Below are positions 25,016 through 35,648 of a stretch of 64,000 nt of DNA, in pieces (position 1 is the first letter of the stretch; the number at the start of each line of letters is the position of its first letter). This DNA is from Lepidodermella squamata (lineage: Eukaryota; Animalia; Gastrotricha). Made by a program: the position numbers and the translations under genes. The notes below the pieces were generated by a model. That model had not been told where the DNA came from and made no database searches. It saw only the letters and a list, made by a program, of their open reading frames with translations. The stretch is taken from the NCBI GenBank assembly GCA_047495785.1, contig JBLDXI010000059.1:248001-312000 (forward strand). The letters run 5' to 3'.

Positions 25016-26777
25016 AATCGAATGAAGAAACCAGCTTCGAAAAATTCCAATTATATAATTTCAGCTCGTAAAGAAATGCTCCTTTGTCCTTGGTCAGAAT
25101 AATGGAACCCTTGTTACTACCGATCTTAGCTTTGCTCCTTTTTGTAAAAAAAATATTAAGAAAAGTCATTGTTACTCACTTCCCGATTGCATCCTTCAAC
25201 GCCTCTCAACAGTATTGCAGTGCCACAGTTAATTAAGATCAATCTATCCGAAAATCACATTTGTAGCATAATCGCATCACGCTTTCCGCCTTCGCATTCA
25301 CTTTGGCTGCCAGCGCCATGTTGGTGTTTATAGTTGAAGCGGTTGATGATTTTCGTTTTCAAGCAACATTTTATGTAGAAAAAGCGATGCGCCGATGAGC
25401 AGCGTATCGGTGATTGAAACACTCGCAACAGTTCATTCTAAAGAGATCGTCACCCGTGCATTTTATAATTAACTATGCGCCCGAGCTAATTGAGCGATGA
25501 TCCTTGTGTTAACTTCAAGTCAAAGTATCTTATATCTTATTTTACACGAATAATTTCATCTGAAATTCAGTACTGGGAATCGATTCACCTGAATAGTGAA
25601 TATAGTCTATAGAGGTATAGTGAATAGGTTATGTTATTATACTGCCAACACTGCATGTTTTATGTGAAGTTAAAAAGTCCAAAGTCTACAATCATCGAAA
25701 AGTGGGCCTCTTCTATTCCTATTGGAACGAGCATATAAACCACAATGTCGAAAATCATCATTTCATTTCAAGCTGAAAATACTTTTTTCCAATCAAGTCA
25801 GCGATTGCTATCCTTAGTGCAACCGCTGAATCCACACTATTGGGTGGACTAAAAAATTGTTGAAGCCCGCGATTGAGTAGATTTTCCAGCATCTCAGTTT
25901 GAAAAGAAAGAAAATTCTGAATTTCCCGCGGATTCGATTCGAGCTGGCCAAGCATCGTTTTTTCGAAGATTTATCCACTTTTGAAGAAATAAAATGCTAA
26001 GATGTTGGACAATCTACCCATCCGCGTGCTTCAGCAATCTTTGGTGCTTTTTTGTCTGGGTTCGATCGGTTTCGGTAGACGGTATATGTATACCTGGGGA
26101 TAAGAACTAATTTCACTTCTGTTTGAATTGAGGTATTTGGCTAAGCTCGATTCTTTATCAGTCTAATACGGGGCGATTCCAGCCCTTCTGAAGAAGAAAT
26201 TAGGCATTTGTCGGAAAGAATACTCCATGTCATATTGAAAAAAATTAGGCGTCCATAATAATTGGCATAGGTATGCTCTGTCTTTCTGTTCTCGCCCTAC
26301 TGACCTACTTACCATGGTTCATTGTTCAAGCTGTCGAGTGAACCTTTCGTGTGAGGTGGGATACTGATAACCCCTGAGCTTCTAATCCATCACAATTGAT
26401 TAATAAGACTATTATATCGGGTTACAAACGGCTAAACGTTATGTCACCGATACGCTCATATTGAAACAAGCATCTCTTCTGACTAATTTACGCATATTTT
26501 CATATAGTCCACCCTTAAAAGCAAGACCCTTGTCACTTAAAGTGTCTTCAGTACACTTTTACCGTGATTTGTATTACAGCTTATAGATTAAATAAATGTT
26601 GAGCTAAAAAGTGTGATAATTCGGGCTATCTCTGGCTATATAGAGAGCAAATAAACTAGTTTCTTCCTCTCCTGTCGACGGCCTGGTGTCAAAGTGTCAC
26701 TCGGGGCTTGTTGGTAATCCTCATTTTCCTACAAGGAAATGCGTTAAAATACAGCGAAAATAACAACAGCTCCAAAA

Positions 26778-26893
26778 AGTGGATCTAATTCTTGGATCCA
26801 AAATCTGGATCCAGAATCTGGGGCTGATATTTAGATCCAATTCTTAGAGCCAGAATCTGGGTCTAAAATCTGGATCCAATATTTGGATCTAAA
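26778..26893. repeat. Tandem repeat of about 13-14 bp (tggatccaaaatc) next to a piggyBac-type MITE end at 26929
   Basis: About 8 degenerate units, then ggcagttaaagtg+TTAA. Confidence 0.75.
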
Positions 26894-27188
26894 TGTCGTT
26901 TTTTGACCCTTATTTGGGCAGTTAAAGTGTTAACCAAGCATCATTTGAGGTTTTTACGCCCCTCGGGTGGCTCTCAGGTTTTTCGAGGCAGTATTGCGAA
27001 AGCCTGTCGTGGAAATCTATACCAGCGATATCGGTCAGTTCCCAATCAGAGATGACCGGGTTACAGCATTACCGGACGTGTAGTTTTTTCTTGTGTGTAA
27101 AAAAAAATACATCTACATAATATTATTTACGAAAACCGAATAAAAATCATTAAGGCCATGCAGTTTGCTTCGATACTGAGAAATTTAA

Positions 27189-27665
27189 CACTTTAACTGC
27201 CAAAAATAGACTGCGAGGTCCGATATTTGGGTCTAATTCCTGGGTCTGTCAAAAAGTCATTTTTTTCGGGTCAACGATGCGTCGAGGGGCAAAATGCCTG
27301 GCGGCAAAGTGTAGGCCATGACCTGGCGGTTCTTTTGACACCGAATTCGGGGCCACAAGGTCTGAGCAGGTCATTGAAAATGACAGTGAAATAACGTCGA
27401 AATTTTGGATTAGAGCCAAAAATCAGACCCAGATTATGGCGCAACAATCGAAATTTCACTGTGTTTCAAGTTTGATTTCAGTGCGTTCCTTGATGTCTTT
27501 GGCCCCAAATTTGGTGTCAAAAGTACCGCCAGGTAATGGCCTACACTTTGCCGTCAGGCATTTTGCCCCTTGACGCATCGTTGACCCGAAAAAATGACTT
27601 TTTGACAGACCCAGGAATTAGACCCAAATATCGGACCTCGCAGTTTATTTTTGGCAGTTAAAGTG
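27189..27665. mobile_element. piggyBac-type foldback MITE with TTAA TSD and about 170-bp TIRs
   Basis: TTAA+cactttaactgccaaaaat ... atttttggcagttaaagtg+TTAA. Confidence 0.9.
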
Positions 27666-27732
27666 TTAATGAATGTAGCTGCTAATTTATAATTTATTCA
27701 TTAGTCAGATTGAATGCAAGTCGATTGGTTAA

Positions 27733-27930
27733 CACTTCAACTGCCAAAATTAGACTGCGAGATCCGATATTTGGATCTAAATCCTGGGTCTGTCGAAAAG
27801 TCCTCTTTTCTGGTCAACGAAGCGCCGTAGGGCAAAATGGCCGACGGCAAAGTGTAGGACCATGACCCGGCAGACCGAGGATTTGGATCCAATTATCGGA
27901 TCTCGCAGTCTAATTTTGGCAGTTAAAGTG
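27733..27930. mobile_element. Shorter copy of the same piggyBac-type MITE
   Basis: TTAA+cacttcaactgccaaaatt ... aattttggcagttaaagtg+TTAA. Confidence 0.88.
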
Positions 27931-27936
27931 TTAATA

Positions 27937-28572
27937 GGGTTGCCCCCACTTGCGCATTTCTCGCTTGCGCATCTGCCACTTGCGCATTTAATTTTTATCA
28001 CTTGCGCATTAATTTCAGAATTTTCAGTACTTTATCGTGAGTTGGGCAGATAATTATATCTTTTTTACCAGAACTATTCAAAAAATGTTTCAAGAGTAAA
28101 TGTTGGTGCTGGGAAATACCACAATAAACAATAAAGACTACAGGTAATGGAATAACGTGACGATCTAAGGAAATGGCGAGAACTGGATTCGATCTCACAC
28201 TTTGAACTGCAACTCAGATGTCATTTTCATTTTCGGAGAAAAGGTCCCACCATCACTAACAATCTGCGCGCCTTGATCTGCTCGACATCAGCCTCGACAA
28301 TCGGCGTTTCAGCCGAAGTTGAAACCGAAGCCGTTATTACACTACCTACCCCTCTCTTATTACACTAGTCTCTGGTGTGGCATTTCCTAGCACCAAAATG
28401 GCCAAGAAAGTATAGTGACGTTTTTGAATAATTCTGGTATTAAAAGATAATATAATTATCCGCCAAATTCACGATATAGCGTTGCAAATTCAACAATAAA
28501 TGCGCAAGTGATAAAAATTTGATGCGCAAGTGGCAGATGCGCAAGCGAGAAATGCGCAAGTGGGGGTAATCC
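27937..28572. mobile_element. MULE-type MITE with an 8-bp TSD
   Basis: About 80-bp TIRs with cttgcgcat repeats; TSD tgttaata at 27929-27936 and 28573-28580. Confidence 0.88.
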
Positions 28573-30390
28573 TGTTAATAATCCTAGTCCCCATAGTCGC
28601 TAAGGACACATAAGGCAAGAAATCAAGGCTGAAGGTCATTGTAGTTGTAGCCGGTAGTCGAGTTTTGGTTAGCCTGATAAGCGTTGTAGGAACCAGACAG
28701 TGGAGTTTGACAAGCCTGGTAGGAACCTTGTTAGGAACTTGGCATTGTTCCAAAGAAAGAGTGCGCCCATTTTCGAGATGGTTGAGATGGTTATTGTTGT
28801 TGCTCGGGCGTCGATGAATACCAGCATGGTAGATTGCGATTTTGGCCCCAGCTCGAAGGTCGAAGGCCAGAAGGTAGAGTTTTTAATTGAGCAGCAATTT
28901 CTATCCCGAAATGAACTTCGGCTGTGTCCTCGCTGTCACAGATTTTCATAACTTTCGCAGATAAATTCAGTTGACTCAACCTTCGATCGTTTGCGGCCCT
29001 TCACGGCGTCTTCTCAGCCATTTCCACACGCATTAGTCCACGCGTACGGTATATATTGCTATGCAGAGAAAATTTAGCGAGAAAATTTAGCATCATCTTC
29101 TGTCAGCTTATTCAACGGCTTTCCAGCGAGTTCTTGATTAAAGCTGATCTGTGCGAAAATATACCATTCGATTTCAACGATTTCCGCGGCGCTACTTCGA
29201 TAGGGGACACGTCATGTTAATAATGGGTCGAATGGCACCGTGAGCCTTCGAGATAGCATGTTTTACTGTATCGTAAAATGTACAATTTATAGCTATCATA
29301 CACATTAAAAAAGTAAGACTTTCGATGATCGATGTCGATTGATTATCGATGTTTAGCGAATTGCATCCCGCAATTGTTCCAATAGCAGCCCGGGCCATTA
29401 AATATGCACCTGCACGTTCCTTTCTTTCGCTAAAGCTTTTATTTCTGCATTTTTCAGCTCTCCAGAGCAGCTGCTGATCTCGACGAGCTCTGTCAAATGC
29501 AACGGAAACGACTGACAACAACGAAAACCAGGCCGAATTGAGCTACCAGCGACGATCTGAGGTTGAAGTTGTGCATTTTACTTGATTTCAGTCTCGAATT
29601 TCAGTCTTCTTGTAACACATGTTTGGGCGCCCACTTTGCACTATCGTCGTGTAACAACTGAATATATTTCTCTTGGAATATAACATGGCCTTGCTCGAAA
29701 TTCGGTCGAACCGACCCTGCAAGGCAGCTTGTCGTCTCCATAACGGACGGGCTCGCCTGGGAAAAACCAGGCCCCTCGTTCTCCCTCCTCCCTCCTCCCT
29801 CCTCCACCGACCTCACGGGTTCTAAAATTTGGAATGGATGGCTTTGTTTCGGGCTATCCGCTACTATGCGGTTTGCCCATGGAAATCTTAACTCTCGAGG
29901 AAACGCCCCATAATTTTATTTTTATTTACACTCTATAATGGTATATTTCCCTTCGGCTGCGGCGATCTGATTTCGAGATTTCGAGATTTTACGATATAAA
30001 AATATTTGTATTTGATCAAATTTTCTCTTTTCATTAATAATCAAGTCTATACAGCAATAAAGGTGTTGCGCAATCACCGCGAACAATAAAAAACGGCTAT
30101 GCCAAATGTTATGCGCCTGTGTAAAAGCTGCTACTATCGAAAGAGTAATTTGCTTATAATTGAAATCGAAAGAGTAATTTGCTCTCAATGACAATGCGCC
30201 ATCATTTGTCTCTAACATCAATCATAATTAACCTTTGGAATCGCTGATTGCGTAGGAAATCGCATGGTGTAGTAACGCTTCTATTTATATTTTATATGTA
30301 TCCAAGGAGATACATTTTGACTGGTCCATAGTCGTTAATAGATGTGTAATTTGTCCAATAATTTACCTATAGACCATAGATAGAAGTTTA

Positions 30391-32964
30391 ATGTTGCAAG
30401 GGTCCACCGACGACTGGATAATATGCCGCTTGTTTCTGTCGTCGACCTTCAAAGATTTTAACAGTGAACGCGAGCTATTGATTAAAAAGGTAGTTCCAGA
30501 ACTATGTGAGTTTGCTAATCAATACGGCATCCATATTGTCGATGTCGATCTGAGGTGGGGTGTGCCAAAGGATTCATCATCCGTATATACTATCGAAGCA
30601 TGCCTTGGAGAGCTCGACCGTTCTATTCAGGAAGCCCCTAACGGGCAACCTTTATTCCTATGTTTATTGGGCGAACGCTATGGCTGGGTGCCAAATCCCA
30701 CGGAACTTCCTACTGATCTGCTTGAGCGCTATCAATGGCCGGTTGATGCCGATCCGTTGCCTTCTATTACCCATATGGAAGTTCTTTACGGCGCCCTTAA
30801 CCGCGGAAATCGAAATGCGCTCTTCTGCTTTCGCTCTCCATCATTTCTATCTGCAGTGGATGAGAGGATTTCTCAGTCTTCATTTGTCGATGATCTATCC
30901 ACCCAACGCGTCTTGTTGAAGAAAGAGATATTTGCAAGAGTTGTCGATCCCGACTCTCAGATACTGGACAATTATCCTGTTTCGATCGTAGGGGAGACTG
31001 AGAATCAGGTCGAGTTGGGTTTCAATGAGGAGTTAAGCGCATACATTGTCGATTTCTTTAAGCGAGCACTACAAAGACAATACCCTGAGCGTTTTGAACG
31101 GCGTTTCACAGCAGCGAACCATACCAGTCTTGAAAATCACCACCAGACACAATTTTTGCGTCGCCAGAATCAGCTGCTGTTCGCAATGGATAGTCTTTGC
31201 TCGTGGTTGACTGAAGAGATTTTCGATAATAACTCGCCTGAATTAGACTTAAATGAACTAACTGAGCTGCTAAACAAGGCAGCCATTTCAAGTGGAGATT
31301 TGGAAATAAATCTTGGGCACTGGTCTGGCGCTGAATCTTGGCCGTCACGGTTGATTTGCCTGGCGTCAGCGCCTGGCTACGGCAAAACCTCCTTACTGTG
31401 CGCCTTGGCTGATCACTTGGCTCGCTTGAAGCTGGAAGTCAATTTATTTTACCACTTCTGCGGATCTATAGTTTCTGACGATTCTACAAGCTACGCCTTA
31501 TTTCTTCGCCGATTGAACGTCTTTTTCGCTGATAGTTTATCGCGGATTAATACGGAATCTGAGAAAGCAGAAGCCCGTGGAAACCAGAGCTGTGCCGACG
31601 TCGTCGAACTCTCGGTTGAAATGGCTCGATTGAAAAGCTTGTTGAAACAGGTGGAAGATGCAGAAAATCACAAATTTGTGATTCTAATCGACGCTTTGGA
31701 GCATTTTCGAGAGCTGAGGGATTCATCTCAATGCACCTGGGTCAACTTTTTGCCTGTCCGCTTCCCTAAAAACTGTCGAGTGCTTTTCACACGAACTCTT
31801 ACAGAACCAGCTGAAATTTCAGCTCTAGATTATTCCCTTGCTTGGCTAGATAAATTCTGCTTGCTCGCCCAGGTCCATTTAATTAGAATGCCGGGCACTT
31901 CTGCTGAATTACGTAGCGCGATAGCGGAAAAATATTTTTCTACTTATAACAAAAAATTGGACCCTGAACAGATGAGCAAGTTGACTTCAAAACAGGGTGC
32001 TCAAGTTGCTTTGTGGCTGCGTCTTGCTTGCGAAGAACTGCGCGTTTTCGGCGATTTTAGCAGAGTAACGCAGCTTATTGTTGATTTAGAAGAAACTCTA
32101 TCAGGTTTAATCAGCCAAATACTGCTGCGACTTATTTCCGAGTCACCTCAATTGCCGATGAAACGCTTTTTAATGTTCATGGCCGCTTCGCCGAGAGCTT
32201 TGCCGGAATCAGAATTGCCTTCGCTTTTAGCCGACGAAATTACGGGTGATCCTCTGGCGTCGTTGGATTTAGCTAAGCTGTATCGCATGTTGAAACCCTA
32301 TTTGATTTTATCGAAGAATAAAGCTTGCCCCACCGTTGCTCCATTCCACAACGCATTTGTGAAAGCGTCTGCTAAATTAGGCAATGTTTTCGAAACTAAA
32401 GCAGAGTTAGCTCGCTTCTTTTTGAACAAAGCTGACAAGAGCTTGAAGGAAGATTGGATTGTAACTATCATGGATCTGCTTTGGGAAAGCAATCATCGGG
32501 AAGAATTGTTGGATAATTTGCAAAATAATGACTTGTTCCGTCTTCCCAATAAGAAGTTCCATCGACAACTCTATCTAGAGAGATATCGTTGTAAAATGAT
32601 GGTTATGACGGCTACTTTAGGCATTAAGCTGGAAGCTTGTATGGGCTGTGCTAATAAATTCGACCACGCGCGGCGCGTACCACTCGCTAATTGTTGCCTG
32701 CTTTGCAAAGACGTGCTGCCTATGCAATTCGCCGGCTTTCAACCTTTGAAGCCTGCTATTCTGTGCATGCATCACCCTCAGATGATGTTTAAACAAGGCT
32801 TTTGTTGGTTTTGTAAATCGTGGTGGGGCCCATTCTACAACATGTGGAAACCTCTTTATTTGTGCCAAACTTGTGATTTCGGAACAAGCTCTTTTGTTCC
32901 ACGGTGCTGCTTTGCTTCCACTGAGATTTCTATCAGAAATGTCGCGCTTAAAACCGAGAAATGA
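30391..32964 (+). CDS. DUF4062 plus NACHT P-loop NTPase (TEP1/NPHP3/TTC41-like) with a Cys-rich C-terminal module
   Basis: RLFLSSTFKDFNSERELL, VDLRWGV, LLGERYGW, SITHMEV (DUF4062); Walker A APGYGKT; Walker B ILIDALE; YNKKLD..QM and LWLRLACEELRVFG as in TEP1-like proteins; 857 aa open frame. Confidence 0.9.
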   Translation: MLQGSTDDWIICRLFLSSTFKDFNSERELLIKKVVPELCEFANQYGIHIVDVDLRWGVPKDSSSVYTIEACLGELDRSIQEAPNGQPLFLCLLGERYGWVPNPTELPTDLLERYQWPVDADPLPSITHMEVLYGALNRGNRNALFCFRSPSFLSAVDERISQSSFVDDLSTQRVLLKKEIFARVVDPDSQILDNYPVSIVGETENQVELGFNEELSAYIVDFFKRALQRQYPERFERRFTAANHTSLENHHQTQFLRRQNQLLFAMDSLCSWLTEEIFDNNSPELDLNELTELLNKAAISSGDLEINLGHWSGAESWPSRLICLASAPGYGKTSLLCALADHLARLKLEVNLFYHFCGSIVSDDSTSYALFLRRLNVFFADSLSRINTESEKAEARGNQSCADVVELSVEMARLKSLLKQVEDAENHKFVILIDALEHFRELRDSSQCTWVNFLPVRFPKNCRVLFTRTLTEPAEISALDYSLAWLDKFCLLAQVHLIRMPGTSAELRSAIAEKYFSTYNKKLDPEQMSKLTSKQGAQVALWLRLACEELRVFGDFSRVTQLIVDLEETLSGLISQILLRLISESPQLPMKRFLMFMAASPRALPESELPSLLADEITGDPLASLDLAKLYRMLKPYLILSKNKACPTVAPFHNAFVKASAKLGNVFETKAELARFFLNKADKSLKEDWIVTIMDLLWESNHREELLDNLQNNDLFRLPNKKFHRQLYLERYRCKMMVMTATLGIKLEACMGCANKFDHARRVPLANCCLLCKDVLPMQFAGFQPLKPAILCMHHPQMMFKQGFCWFCKSWWGPFYNMWKPLYLCQTCDFGTSSFVPRCCFASTEISIRNVALKTEK

Positions 32965-33080
32965 GATGGTTCTATAATTATTTTTTCTTTCAAATCAGCT
33001 TTAAATTTTGCAATCGATTTTATTATCCATGCTTTCGCTCAAATAAATTATCCTTTATTTAATTTTAGTTTTTTAAAACA

Positions 33081-35456
33081 ATGGCTAACGCCTATTTTCG
33101 CCTTCGAGCTGTTCTTACCGGCCACGAAAAAGACGTTCGATGTTTGTCGTCTGGTAGTGGACTCGCCGATGATCTCTCAACTTGTCTCATTTCCGGCTCT
33201 CGTGATCTAACGATTCGATTGTGGAAACCGAACGATTTCGACGTTTCCTTCATGGAAAATTTCTGTGCCGGTGGTCATTCAAGCTACGTTGCCTGCGTTT
33301 GTGTCGTGCCGTGTGGTACTCAGTCTTACGAAGCCGGTGCCATAGTTAGCGGGGCAGGCGATGGGACAATTCTTGTCCACAACTTCAGCTCACCCGAGCC
33401 TGTTGTTCGCATCAATAATGCGCATGAAAATACGGTATCGGCCTTATATACTGGAGCCTCAGGTTTCATGGTCTCCGGGTCGTGGGATCAAACCGCCAAG
33501 GTCTGGATGAATTTCAAACCGATTATGACGCTGAAAGGCCACGAAGCTGCTGTCTGGGCTGTTCTCGGCATCCAGCAAAGCGGCCAAATAATCACTGGAT
33601 CAGCCGATAAAACCATACGAATTTGGTCTGCGGGTCAGTGCCAAAAAGTGTTGAAAGGTCACACGGATTGCGTAAGGGGTCTAGCCTTACTACCCCCTAC
33701 CCCTGACCACCCTGAGCAGACCCTGCTGTCTTGCTCAAACGACGCGACAATTCGTCGTTGGAACTTGGTTACTGGTGAGTGTATCGCGACATACCAGGGT
33801 CATACGAATTTTATTTATTCAATCGCGAGCGGCATTGATTCAATCAGCGGCCAGCCGTTTTTCATCAGCGCCGGTGAAGATAGGACTGTTCGAATCTGGA
33901 ACCCGGCTGACAGCTCGGCGCCGGTTCAAACAATCCCGCACGCCGCTACATCAGTCTGGAGTGTCTGCATCCTCCCTAATGGCGATATTGCCAGCGGATC
34001 AAGCGACGGGCAAATCACGGTGTTCACCGTCGCGCCCGAACGCGTTGCCTCTGCTGAAGTTGTTGCTGAATTCGAAAAGGCGGTTTCGAAAACTGCTATG
34101 CCCGCGCAAACGTTTGGTGGCATCAAATTCGCCGACTTGCCTGGTCCGGATGTGTTAATGTACCCAGGCAAGCGTGACGGTCAAACCGTTATGGTCCGTT
34201 TTGGTGAAACAGAGAAAGACGGCCATGTCGAGTGTCACATGTGGTCGGGTGCTGAAGAGCGGTGGAATTTAGTTGGAACCGTGGTTGGTGCGAACGAAAC
34301 TGGTGGCTCTGGAGGCTCTGGTGGGAAAGTTTCGTACTTGGGTAAAGACTACGATTATGTTTTCGATGTTGATATTGACGGCCAGACGTTGAAATTGCCG
34401 TATAACGCAAACGAAAATCCGTGGGTTGCTGCGAATAATTTCATCGAGAAAAACGAGTTGAATCAAGCTTTTCTGGAGGAAGTCGCTAATTTCATCACTA
34501 AAAACACGCAATCCATCACAATTGGCGCGCCTGAGTGGAGTGGAAATGTCGACCCGTTTACAGGGGGTAGTAGCTACCATACGGGCGGCGGCAATCAACA
34601 GCCGCAAAATGGCGATAAAAACGGCCATCACCCACCTGAAGTCGAATATTACCCTGAGAAGAAATATTTATACTTCGAAACTGCTCCAAATTTAGCTGGT
34701 CTCAGGGCTAAATTGTTGGAATTTGACGCTGCCCATGCGCCGCATTCAGTCGGAGGTGACGTTCTGAACGGTTTAGTCGACGCAGTTGCTGGTCTCAGTG
34801 AAACGTTCGATGGTATGCTGAAAGAAGAAAATGTGCAATTACTCGGTGAGCTGATTTCTTGGCCCGATAGCCATCTCGTTCCTGTTTTGGACTTGACTCG
34901 AGTTGTTGCTAAAAATGAAGACATCATTGGGCTCTTGTTCAAGAACCCGCGCTTCCTCCCTGCCTTGCTCAAGCAACTGATGCCGGAAAAGCCTACTTCG
35001 AACCAATTTTTGACCCTTCGTATCCTATGCAATGTTTTCGCATCAGCCCCAGGTCGTATGATAATGCTGGCAAATGCGACTAAAATCATCGGTGGTCTCG
35101 AAGGTCTCATTGATTCAAATAATAAGAGCGTTCAAATCGCTCTTTCGACAATTCTACTAAATTACGCTGTGATTGGGTTTAACGAAAAACTCGCTGAGAT
35201 AAAATTACTGCAAAGCGTTGTGAATACAATTCGATTTACGCTGGAACGTGGCGCCAAGGTGGTTGATAGCGAGGCTATTTTCCGCCTTATTGTCGCTCTC
35301 GGTACGCTTGTCAGCATCGGCCAAGCCGCTGTGACGGAAGCTGTTAAACAGAACTGTTCCAATTTAGTGAAAACCGTTGGAAAAGACGTGCCTTCGGAAG
35401 AAAAACGAATTCGTGATAGCTGCAAATCGCTTTCATTGCTTCTTTCAGCATCTTGA
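33081..35456 (+). CDS. PLAA: Phospholipase A2-activating protein / Doa1-Ufd3 (WD40-PFU-PUL), intronless
   Basis: Seven WD40 repeats, PFU motif YLGKDYDYVFDVDIDG..LKLPYN..ENPW.AA..FI.KNEL...FLEEVANFI, DPFTG motif and a PUL domain ending EAIFRLIVALGTL. Confidence 0.97.
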   Translation: MANAYFRLRAVLTGHEKDVRCLSSGSGLADDLSTCLISGSRDLTIRLWKPNDFDVSFMENFCAGGHSSYVACVCVVPCGTQSYEAGAIVSGAGDGTILVHNFSSPEPVVRINNAHENTVSALYTGASGFMVSGSWDQTAKVWMNFKPIMTLKGHEAAVWAVLGIQQSGQIITGSADKTIRIWSAGQCQKVLKGHTDCVRGLALLPPTPDHPEQTLLSCSNDATIRRWNLVTGECIATYQGHTNFIYSIASGIDSISGQPFFISAGEDRTVRIWNPADSSAPVQTIPHAATSVWSVCILPNGDIASGSSDGQITVFTVAPERVASAEVVAEFEKAVSKTAMPAQTFGGIKFADLPGPDVLMYPGKRDGQTVMVRFGETEKDGHVECHMWSGAEERWNLVGTVVGANETGGSGGSGGKVSYLGKDYDYVFDVDIDGQTLKLPYNANENPWVAANNFIEKNELNQAFLEEVANFITKNTQSITIGAPEWSGNVDPFTGGSSYHTGGGNQQPQNGDKNGHHPPEVEYYPEKKYLYFETAPNLAGLRAKLLEFDAAHAPHSVGGDVLNGLVDAVAGLSETFDGMLKEENVQLLGELISWPDSHLVPVLDLTRVVAKNEDIIGLLFKNPRFLPALLKQLMPEKPTSNQFLTLRILCNVFASAPGRMIMLANATKIIGGLEGLIDSNNKSVQIALSTILLNYAVIGFNEKLAEIKLLQSVVNTIRFTLERGAKVVDSEAIFRLIVALGTLVSIGQAAVTEAVKQNCSNLVKTVGKDVPSEEKRIRDSCKSLSLLLSAS

Positions 35457-35648
35457 ATTTCTGTGAAAAAATCTGCTTCGTGTCTTTTTCTTATTCAATA
35501 ATCCGCGTTTGAACTATAATTTTGGAATGGAATTCGAAGACTTGTGTAACAAGTGGTTCTATCATCTGTCTTGACTTTCAATAATTATTCGAGTAAAACT
35601 TGAAATACGAGCGTTATTCATGTTGCTTTGTTCTGTTTCAAGTAATAG

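Noticed and set aside
25600-26450. Possible LINE endonuclease remnant on the minus strand
   Set aside because: Only faint motifs (YIYRLP, GLQQF..PP) amid many stops.
26778-27930. CRISPR-like repeat array
   Set aside because: Eukaryotic context, no unique spacers; explained by a tandem repeat and piggyBac-type MITEs.
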